DNA of 64,000 nucleotides, taken from Eledone cirrhosa. Lineage: Eukaryota. Under the pieces are notes generated by a model. It was not told where the DNA came from. It saw only the letters and a list, made by a program, of their open reading frames with translations, and ran no database searches. Positions 1 to 11,900 of this stretch are shown one piece after another; the stretch's first letter is position 1, and each line of letters opens with the position of its first letter. The stretch lies in NCBI GenBank assembly GCA_964016885.1, contig OZ024754.1, positions 39,804,001 through 39,868,000 on the forward strand, in the 5' to 3' direction. The position numbers and the translations under genes are program-made.

Positions 1-122
1 GGGGAGTACCATGAAAAAAAGGGCCTCAAAATGAGGAGATTTTACATAAGAGAAGACATCTCTCACCTATTCCAAAATGAGTGGGAGATCTCTCTGTCCA
101 ACAGGGAGAGTTGACAGTCCTG

Positions 123-1888
123 ATATATGTTGGTGTTTGGTATAGTAATATATGTTGGTGTTTGGTATAGTAATATATGTTGGTGTTTGGTATTACTGTA
201 TGTTGGTGTTTGTTATAGTGTATGTTGGTGTTTGGTATAGTAATGTATGTTGGTGTTTGGTATAGTAATATATGTTGGTGTTTGGTATAGTAATATATGT
301 TGGTGTTTGGTATAGTAATATATGTTGGTGTTTGGTATAGTAATATATGTTGGTGTTTGGTATAGTAATATATGTTGGTGTTTGGTATAGTAATATATGT
401 TGGTGTTTGGTATAGTAATATATGCTGGTGTTTGGTATAGTAATATATGTTGGTGTTTGGTATAGTAATATATGTTGGTGTTTGGTATAGTAATATATGT
501 TGGTGTTTGGTATAGTAATATATGTTGGTGTTTGGTATAGTAATATATGTTGGTGTTTGGTATAGTAATATATGTTGGTGTTTGGTATAGTAATGTATGT
601 TGGTGTTTGGTATAGTAATATATGTTGGTGTTTGGTATAGTAATGTATGTTGGTGTTTGGTATAGTAATATATGTTGGTGTTTGGTATAGTAATATATGT
701 TGGTGTTTGGTATAGTAATGTATGTTGGTGTTTGGTATAGTAATATATGTTGGTGTTTGGTATAGTAATATATGTTGGTGTTTGGTATAGTAATATATGT
801 TGGTGTTTGGTATAGTAATATATGTTGGTGTTTGGTATAGTAATATATGTTGGTGTTTGGTATAGTAATGTATGTTGGTGTTTGGTATAGTAATATATGT
901 TGGTGTTTGGTATAGTAATGTATGTTGGTGTTTGGTATAGTAATATATGTTGGTGTTTGGTATAGTAATATATGTTGGTGTTTGGTATAGTAATGTATGT
1001 TGGTGTTTGGTATAGTAATATATGTTGGTGTTTGGTATAGTAATATATGTTGGTGTTTGGTATAGTAATGTATGTTGGTGTTTGGTATAGTAATATATGT
1101 TGGTGTTTGGTATAGTAATATATGTTGGTGTTTGGTATAGTAATATATGTTGGTGTTTGGTATAGTAATATATGTTGGTGTTTGGTATAGTAATATATGT
1201 TGGTGTTTGGTATAGTAATATATGTTGGTGTTTGGTATAGTAATGTATGTTGGTGTTTGGTATAGTAATATATGTTGGTGTTTGGTATAGTAATATATGT
1301 TGGTGTTTGGTATAGTAATATATGTTGGTGTTTGGTATAGTAATATATGTTGGTGTTTGGTATAGTAATATATGTTGGTGTTTGGTATAGTAATATATGT
1401 TGGTGTTTGGTATAGTAATATATGTTGGTGTTTGGTATAGTAATGTATGTTGGTGTTTGGTATAGTAATATATGTTGGTGTTTGGTATAGTAATATATGT
1501 TGGTGTTTGGTATAGTAATATATGTTGGTGTTTGGTATAGTAATATATGTTGGTGTTTGGTATAGTAATATATGTTGGTGTTTGGTATAGTAATATATGT
1601 TGGTGTTTGGTATAGTAATGTATGTTGGTGTTTGGTATTACTGTATGTTGGTGTTTGGTATAGTAATATATGTTGGTGTTTGGTATTACTGTATGTTGGT
1701 GTTTGTTATAGTGTATGTTGGTGTTTGGTATAGTAATATATGTTGGTGTTTGGTATAGTAATATATGTTGGTGTTTGGTATAGTAATATATGTTGGTGTT
1801 TGGTATAGTAATATATGTTGGTGTTTGGTATTACTGTATGTTGGTGTTTGTTATAGTGTATGTTGGTGTTTGGTATAGTAATGTATGT
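123..1888. repeat. 25-bp minisatellite, ~70 copies
   Basis: Unit TAGTAATATATGTTGGTGTTTGGTA. Confidence 0.97.
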
Positions 1889-1943
1889 TTTGTGTCTTTT
1901 TCTCTCAACTCCTTAGTTTTAATGGTCACTCTCTTTGTTTCAG

Positions 1944-2033
1944 CATAGCAGGTTACAAAACTCTCAAACAGGAAGATCAAGATGAGTTATTGCAGAAATT
2001 AGGCAAAGGGAGCAATACCGGTAATTCTAGCAG
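1944..2033 (+). CDS. PARP1: PARP1 exon (end of Zn2)
   Basis: tttcag|...|gtaag; [29 protein letters not shown]. Confidence 0.85.
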
Positions 2034-5000
2034 GTAAGAATTTTGTTGATTTGTATCTAGAAATTAATAACAATGTAGTATGGTTTATATAAAACATTGG
2101 GATATATGTGGTTAGGATTGCTTTTAAAGCCAGAACATTCGTCATGGTCGTTTCACGTCTACTTTCCATGCTAGCATGGGTTAGATGGTTTGTCCCATTT
2201 GAGGCAAGTTAGGTCAGGTGACCGTGTCTTGCTCATATGGAACTGTTTCTGGTTAGATTTCTACAACTGGATGCCCTTCCTAATGCCAACCACATTTACA
2301 GTGTGGGATGGAGACTTTTTGTTGTGACACATACTCGTATCTGATTGTATCTGGTTTAGAATAGGTGCACTGTGTTTGGTATAGAATAGGTACACTGTGT
2401 CTGGTATAGAATAGGTACACTGTGTCTGGTATAGAATAGGTACACTGTGTCTGGTATAGAATAGGTACACTGTCTGGTATAGAATAGGTACACTGTGTCT
2501 GGTATAGAATAGGTACACTGTGTCTGGTATAGAATAGGTACACTGTGTCTGGTATAGAATAGGTGCACTGTGTTTGATTTAGAATAGGTACACTGTATCT
2601 GGTATAGAATAGGTACACTGTCTGGCTGCATTTTATGTATATAAATATATATAAATTGTATTACAGTATTATTCTTTTTGTTACAGCTCACACCTATATA
2701 ACTTTAGCTGCAATCCTATGAAGTTGCATCTCATAAGAGGTTTTTGTTTTTAGGTGTTTTAATGATAGGGGTCTCAGTCTTTAATCATCTGTAATATTAA
2801 TTTGCTACAGGAAGAGAAAGGATGAAGAAAATTCTAAGGAAGATGCAAAAAAGTCCAAGAAAGAAACAGAAGAGGAAAAGCAGTTAAAAGTTTGTAGAAA
2901 ATATTTGTTTCTTTGTTTTTTTTTTCTGCTGAAAATCTTGTTATAAATTATTCTATTTCAAATCTGTTGTCATTTTGTGTTACTTCATATATTGGATCGT
3001 CAAGTATGAAATTTGTAGGAAAAAAAACAAATTTCATACTTGACAACCCATACTATATATTTGTATTACTATGGTAAACTATTTCATATTACTCCATATA
3101 TTATATATTTGTATTACTATGGTAGAATATTTTTTCTGTCATGTTTAGGCACTTAGCCTAGTGGTATAATGGTGAAATGGATCAAGTATTAGTTAATTAT
3201 TCATTTAACCCGTTTGATACCAAATTGTGGTTTGCGGGAACCTCATTCATTGTCCCAGCAGACAAAATGGAGAAAATGTTGCTGCCAGAGATGGCGAGGG
3301 AGACATGTTGGAATAGCCATTCCAACTCGTGGGGCTGGCTCCCGCATGTGGTCAACTCTGCCCTGATAGTAGTGAGTGGTGGGGTGGTCTGGGGTCGAAG
3401 AACATCAGAGGTCTCCACTGCTACTGTATAAGTTTCACCACAAAGCTATCGGAGAGCAATCGCTGTTTTGATAGTTTTTCTTCTTTGGCCTGATGAGCAG
3501 TGAAGCTTGGGTTAGTTGCCGAATGAACCAGGTTGCCACTGAAGAAAACAGCATATTGGCAGTCATTTTATTGTTGGATAGAATGCCTTGTATTATTTCT
3601 TCTCTGTCGGTGGATTGGCAGTATCGTTAGAGAGTCGGGCACCATGCTTTGCAGCATAGAGTTACGGTCCTTTACGATCTGAGTTCAAATCCCGCTGGGG
3701 TTAACTTTGCCTTTCATCCTTACGGGGTCGATAAAATAAAGCACCAGTAATGTACTGGGGCTGATTTAAACGACTTTCCCCTCCTCCCAAATTATTGGCC
3801 TTGTACCTATACTAGAAACCATTATTTCTTCTCTGTTGATGAATTGGCAGTATCGGTGAAATGTCGAACAACATGCTATGTGGTATATAGTTACAGCCGT
3901 TCTGAGTTCAAATCCTGCCAAGGTTAGCTTTGCCTTTCATCCGTTGAGGGTTGATAAAATAAAGTACCAGTAACGCGCTGCGGTCAATTTAATTGACTTT
4001 CACTGTCTCAGAGTCCTGATTTCAAACTCTTCCGAGGTCAACTTTGATTTTCATCTCTTCTCCACGTAATCTCTTTACAGCTTGTTAGACTGTATATTTA
4101 TAATAAGCAACATTAGACTAATAATTTGTGTTTCCTATCAAGGTACAGAACAAGTTATTGTGGGGATATCGCGACAAATTGGAAAAAGACGTAAGCAGTG
4201 AAGCTCTGAAAGTCTTGTTGGAGTTAAATGAACAGGCGATACCATCAGGCGAGAGTAAGGTAATTGTTTTTGTTTTATTTTCGTGTTTACAGTGTTTTTT
4301 CTAAGTGTTTTTCTCCAGACATAATATATTTCAAACAAAATATATATTGTAATGATTTAACTCTTAACATCCTGTATCACATGAAACAGCATTATCAAGA
4401 AAAGTACAAACCACTGCTGTGACTGTATCACATTAAAAATTAAAGACTTTAGTTTACTGCAAATGTTCACGGTGATCTTTATAAACATTTGAATTAATAA
4501 AACCATTTTTAGATATTTTTTACTAAATCATTACAGAATGTTAAAAGTTAATATAGCTTACCAATCATTTTCTGAATGTGTTTATATTCATCTTAAAGTA
4601 ACAATGAGTTTAATTAATATTTTGATATGTTAATTAGCAGTTTGTTACATTCATACTATGTAATAATTTTTAAGGTTTAATTTTTTTTTTTTCAAATTTG
4701 AAATAGAAAGTATTCCTCAATTTAACCCTTTATTTACTATTATATTTTTGTGGTAAAGGCATTACCTCACATAATTATCTCACATAATGAATTTACGAGA
4801 TTTTGATATTATTTTTTTGAGAACAATACCTTAACATCAGTATGAGCAGCCAGTTACAGTTGGTTTGAACAGAAAGAGGTGAGAGAATTCTGGTCGGATA
4901 CGGCTGGCTTAAATGCTAAAGAGTTGAACCTTTTGCTTCTAAAACACTCAGAACTATGATACAAAACTTTTTATACTATGTAATAATTTTTAAGATTTCA

Positions 5001-8000
5001 TTTCTTTTTTTTTTTCAAACGTTAATTTTATCCATTATCTTCAGTTATTAGATGCTGTTTCTGACTGTATGGCATTTGGTGCCCTCACAAAATGTCCAGA
5101 ATGTTCTAATGGAAAACTTTCATTTAGGTATAACAACTGATTTTTATTACTTTTTCATTCAGCCTTTTGTACTATATTTCTAATTAAAGAAACTGCCTAT
5201 AATGTTCAAGTAATTTTGAAAATAATTAAGAATTTCGTAATTTACTTAATTTTCTCATTATTAAGTTAGTGTTTACAGCATAACTTACATAAAATTATAA
5301 TGGAAGATTTAAAAAAATAGATATAAGCACTTTCAAATTATGTTTTCTACTATAAAACCAGAACTGGTTTCATGTGATTTATTATGTAATGGGTTAAGTA
5401 ATTTTATAATAAAAAATTTATTTTTATCACCATATACGAGTGAGAAACGGTCACCCGATTAATTTTGCCCTAAGTGGGACAATTTTCTGTCTTAACCCAT
5501 GCTAACGTGGAAGATAGATGTTAAACGATGATGATGTGATATTGAGATTTTAATTTTGTTTTAATTGATCATCAAGATCCGAGACCTCATTCTCTTACCG
5601 AGTGAGATGGCGCTCATGAAACCAGACCAAGGAAACAATGTGTCTATTGGTCTTTCCAACAATATTGAGCTATAATAAATGTTTTTAGCACTAATCTGTA
5701 TTATTTCTAACCTTATTAAAATATACCAAAATATACCATCTTGTTATCTGCTATTCAGATTAACCCTTTAGCATTTACATTACTCTATAAATACTATTGT
5801 ATTTTCACGATAAAGGGTTTACCTCACATAATATCGAATCTATGAGATTTTGATATTATTTATGTTGAGACCAACACCTTAACATAAATATGAGTAGATA
5901 GTTATGGTTGGTTTGAACAGAAAAGGTGAGAGAAATCTGGCTGGATATGGCCGGTTTAAATGCTTAACCCTTTAACATTTAAACCAGCCATATCTGGCCA
6001 GAATTCTCTCACCCCTTTCTGTTCAAACCAGCCATAAATGGATGCTTATACTTATGTTAAGGTATTGTTCTCAAAATAGATAGATTTGATATTATGTGAG
6101 ATAATTATGTAAGATAAAGCCTTTACCATGAAAATATAAGAGTAAATATAGAGTAATGTAAATGCTAAAGGGTTAAGGGTTAACTGGGTGAAGAAAAAAA
6201 AATCCCAAAATTTCCTAAAGCAATCAGGACTTTATATTGTCTTATTATTTCAGGAGTGATAGCTACCGGTGTACAGGAAATATAACCAGCTGGACCAAAT
6301 GTTCCAATGCTACACGGACACCGAAACGGAAAGCCTTCAAAATCCCATCACATTACCATGATGTAGAATTCTTGTAAGTTGTTTTTAATATACAGGGTGA
6401 TCATAAAGTCTTTCCCTGGTTATAAAATACCATATCTCGGATACTATTTGAGATTTTACTTTTTCCTTGCTTTAACCCTTTAGCATTTACATTACTCTAT
6501 ATTTACTATTGTATTTTCACACTAAACACCTTACCTCACATAAATATTTCACATAATATTTAATCTACGAGGTTTTGATGTTATTTATTTTGAGAACAAT
6601 ACTCTAACATTAGTATGGGCAGCCGGTTATGGCTGGTTTGAACAGAGGTGAGAGAATTCTGGCCGGATATGGCCGGTTTAAATGTTAAAGGGTTAATTTA
6701 TAAATTTGAAGTTTAAAATTATTCTGTAGATGTTTTACATTTTCTCTTCTACAGGAAGTAGTTGTAATATTCAATAACAAAATGGCAGCTATGAAACAAA
6801 AAGCTGAGTGTGTTTTGTGGTTTCAAAGACTTTATTGCTCATCCTGTATTACTCTTATTTTTTAATATATTTTATTTGTTTATTTGTTTCCCCTCTTTAG
6901 GGATTTGACACCAGTACTTAATTTTACAAGTCTGGTATATATTTTATTGATTTCTTTTTGCCAAACTGCTAAGTTATAGGATATAAACAAACAGTAAACA
7001 TAAGCACACATACACACATATAAAAACTCTTATTTATATATATATATATATAATGATAGAGTAATATATCGTAATGATACTCCGTCAGTTATGACAAGTA
7101 TTCCTGTTGATATGATCAACAGAACAGCCTGCTTGTGAAATTAATGTGCAGGTTACTGAGCATTCCACAAATACGTGTACCCTTAACGTAGTTCTCAGGG
7201 AGATTTGGAATGTTACAGCTGGTTTGAACAGAAAAAGGTGAGGGAATTCTGGCTGGATATGACCGGTTTAAATGCTAAAGGGTTAAGTCATTAATTGCTT
7301 TGACATTAACATAAATCTTTTGACAGAGGGAATACCAGACATATAGAGTGATAAGTTGCATCTCTTCCACAGAAATACATTAAAAAAACTAACTTATCTT
7401 GTGATTTAATTTTAATCTCAATTCAAAATCTGTCTCACATGAACTATTTGTAAAAGTGTTTTATTAATTCCCAAATCATTTTAACCCTTTAGTATTTACA
7501 TTACTCTATATTTACTATTGTATTTTCACGGTAGAGGCTTTATTTTACGTAATTATCTCATAATATTAAATCTACAAGATTTTGATATTTATTTTCAGAA
7601 CAATACCTTAGTCGGTATGAGGGCCAGTTATGGCCAATTTGAACAGAAATAGGTAAGAGAATTCTGGCCGGATACGGCCGGTTTAAATGCTAAGGAGTTA
7701 AAAATAATTTTTTTCTATTTAACATAATGATTCGGGAAATAAGACCACCAAAACTGCAAAAGCAATATGGTGAGAGGAACAAAAAAAAAGAACCATACTG
7801 CATTGTCTGTCTGTCTTGTGGATTAACAAGGGACACGTTCAGCCCTTAGGTAGAGGGGCCTGTTTGAAAAATATATTGCAGTCTTCATTTCATGCCACAA
7901 AAACTGGCAATGGGCCTGTGACCTGTTCTAGGAGGCATGGGATGGATGCACAAAGATTGTGTATCCTGAGACCCCAAACAGGGTCCAGAAGGGAGCAGAC

Positions 8001-8949
8001 CTTGATAATTATGTTAATATAAATTTTTTTAAAATAATTTTATTTCAGAAAGAAATATAAATATAAGAAACGAGACCGTATATTTGCAGCTGAAACAATA
8101 TCATCAAAGGAAGGGCCTGTTAGTTCCATGGATATAATAGATGGACTGTAAGTCTCATTATTATTATTTTCATTATTTTCAAGGCGGTGGATTGGCAGTA
8201 TCGGAAGAGGGTCGGACGCCATGCTTTGCAGCATAGAGTTACGGCCCTTTATAATCTGAGTTCAAATCCCGTCGAGTTTAACTTTGCCTTTCATCCTTAC
8301 GGGGTCGATAAAATAAAGTACCAGTCATGCACTGGGGTTGATTTAATCGACTTTCCCCTCCCCCAAAATTGCTGGCCTTGTGCCTATATAAGAAACCATT
8401 ATTTTCATTCACATTTTTTACTCCACTCTACTTATTGTTTACCCCTTTACAAAATTATAACTCCTTTGTTTTTATAAAGTCATATCTGAATGTTATTTAT
8501 ACTCCCACTGTTGACAACAAAAGGTTTCTCTCTACGTACAAAAGGATGACTGTATGATGCCTGTGTGCAAAGTGCGATGCTGCATGGTAGTGAAATATGG
8601 GCAGTAACTGCAGAGGACATTTATAGACTGGAGAGAAATGAAGTAACCATGCTTTGTTGGATGTGCAATGTAAATGTGAGAGAAAAGCAGAGCCTGGATG
8701 AACTGAGTTTTAAGAGGAATCCGAAGTGGTGTGCAGGAGAGTAGACTGCATTGGTATGAACATGTGATGCACATGGATAGTGTTGAGTGGGTGAAGAATT
8801 GTCAGGAAATCCGAGTGAAGGGAAGCCACAGTAGAGGTAAACCAAGGAAATCCTGGGCAGAGGTAGTGAGAACTGATCTCAAATTGCGAGGAGATGATGA
8901 AGGAACACGGCAAATGGAGAGATGGTGTGCGCTGAAAAAAAGCCCATCC

Positions 8950-8987
<38 letters not shown>

Positions 8988-11900
8988 CATCATCGATTAA
9001 TGTTCATCGTCCATGCTAGTATGGTTAGACAGGTCCTATTTTAAGGCAAGTTATGTCGGGTGACCGTGTCTCGCTCAAATAGGGGTGTTTCTGGCTGGCT
9101 TTCTATGGCTGGATGCCCTTCCTAACGCCTACAATATTTATATACATGTATATAATCATCGTCATCGCCGTTTAATGTCTAGCATGTGTGCGTGTAACTA
9201 TATGTATATTTATATATATATAGAGAGAGCAAAAGGTACATTTTATTGTGGCATCAGCACTAGAGAAGTTGTCATGTCTTTGAGCTTGGCAAGCTTTCTA
9301 TGGCTGGATGCCCTTCTTAACACCCTCTTTTATTGCTCTATTTAACTGGCAGGTTACCCAAACCCTTAAAAGGATTAAAGTTTGCTATCATTGGAGATTT
9401 GGATATATCCGAAGAACAGATTACACTGGACATAAATAATATGGGAGGTCAAATTGTTTCCACCATTGATAACACCTTAGCTGCTTGTATTAGTAAGAAA
9501 GGTAAGGTATTTCTTTATATTCATCATTATTTCATCATCATTTCATTTTATGTCCGCTTTTCCCTGCTTGCAAGGGTGGGACGGGAACTGATTCTGGCTT
9601 GATTTCTACAGCTGGATGCCTTTCCTAACACCAACCTCATTTACAGTGAGTGCTGGGTGCTTTTTTCTCGTGGCACCTCCATGACCACTTTGCAGTGGAA
9701 TGATAGGGACCCCAGTCCCTATCATCTCATTTCTACAGCTGAGTAAACTGGAGCAATGTGAAATAAAGTGCCTTGCTCAAGGAAACAACACATCACCCGG
9801 TCTGAGAATTGAACTCACAACCTTTCGATTGCAAGGCCAGTGCTCTAACCACTAATATTTTTATCTCTCATTCACTACATGATAGCTCCTCTTATTGAGA
9901 TCATCATCATCATCAGTGTTCAATGTTTGTTTTTCCGTGCTTGCATGGGTTTGGCAGGTTGTTATGTTATGAGACAATTCAGGTCAAGTGACCAAACCTT
10001 GTTCATACAGATCTGTTTTTTAGCAAGGTTTCTACTGCTGGATGTCCTTCCTAATGCTAATAACATTACAGTAAGAACTGGGTTTTTTGTTTTGTTGTTG
10101 TATCAAAGTGACCATCTGACAGGATGGACTGAGTTCTTCTTCATCGTGGTACCAGCATGACCACCGACAGGGTGGACTGTGTGCTTTTTGTTGTCACCAG
10201 CACTACCACCTTAATAAGTACCAGTTCAGTTCTGGGATTGATTCTTCCTTTGTCTCTCTCTCTCTCTCTCTCTGTCTTTATCACTTTACCTTGAAGAAAT
10301 CAGTTGTGTTCAAACATAATGAGGGATAGTCTCCAGAAGGTTTAACCCTTTAGTATTTAAACCAGCCGTTTAAATACGAAAGGGTTAAACCGGCCGTAAC
10401 TGGCTGATTATACCAATGTTAAGGTATTGTTCTCAAAATAAATAACATTATCATCAAAATCTCGTAGATTCAATATGTGAGGTAAAGCCTTTACTGCAAA
10501 ATACAATAGTAGAGTAATGTGAATGCTAAAGGGTTAAAATGCCCAGGACATTATGTGTGTCACGATGGTGTCCCTACAACAATGTAAGCCGTTAAGAGCC
10601 CTCTTTTCTTTTCTTATCTGTAATATATTTTCTTTTCACTTTCTACAGAATCTGTTGATAAACCAAATAAACATATCAAAGCTGCTAAAAAAGCAGGTGT
10701 TCATGTTGTGAGTACATCGTTCCTTGAGGATGTTAAAAAAGGAGGAGTACTTTTAATGATCCAGAAACACAATATAGCTCCATGGGGAGATGATGTAAGA
10801 TTTAAATAATTTTTTATCAAGTTTCAAACATTTATACAAATTATTCAGTTTTGCTGTCACTTCTTTATATTTTATACTCTCGGTACTATATTTCTAATTA
10901 AATCCACTGTTTCTTAACAATAATAAAGAAAGGAGTGTGGGACTGCGTCCAGAATATATTTTTTTATCCCATTTGTAAAATAAGTTGGATTACTTTGAAT
11001 AAATAATGAATGAATATTACATAATTTAGCTAGTAAATTTCGTAGCTGTTGATTAAATATATTTTATTGCCTATTTAAAGATTCACTTCTTCAAAATTTT
11101 CAAATGTCAACACTTCCGGTTAGTGATCGCTTAAATAAACATACGTATATTTCCGTCACTAATTTTTTCCCTAATGCAGTTTATATATAATAATCATGGA
11201 TTACTTTACTGATTACATAAGACAGTGTAACAGTTTTCGTTCAATTTCTGTTGATATTGTCAATTACGATTTTATTTGACATATCATATCTACATGTATA
11301 TATATATTTGCGTATAATATCAATATACACACTACACATGCTAGCAGAAAACCAGCCGAAGGGTGGTTTTCTGCTAGTTTAATTAATTAATTAATTAATT
11401 AATGTCATTATTTGAAGCCTGCCGAGGTTGACTTTGCCTTTCATCCTTACGGGGTCGATAAAATAAAGTACCAGTAATGTACTGGATAATTGCTGGCCTT
11501 GTGCCTAAAGTAGAAACAATTATTTGAAGCTAAGTGGGGCGGTGGATTAGCTTTGTGCTTTGTGGCATATAGTTACGACCCTTTACCTTCTGAGTTCAAA
11601 TCCCACCGAGGTTAGGTTTGTCTTTCGTCCTTACAAGGTCGATAAAATAAAGTTAATCAACTTTCCCCTCCCTTCAAATTGCTGACCTTGTGCCTATAGT
11701 AGAAACCATTATTTGTAGCTAAGAAGTCTGTTTTGTATTTTTGTTTTTTAAGCTGAGATAAAGTTGATAATATATTTTTTTTCTTTATTGACTTAAATTT
11801 TTTCAGCCACAAAAAAGAATAATTGTTCCATATGCTTCTAAAAGTGGTGCTAAAACTTCCAACAATGGTAAATATGATGTGATATCTCCAATACATTTGA

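Noticed and set aside
123-1888. Regular short repeats resembling a CRISPR array
   Set aside because: Head-to-tail units with no unique spacers, inside a eukaryotic intron, and no cas genes
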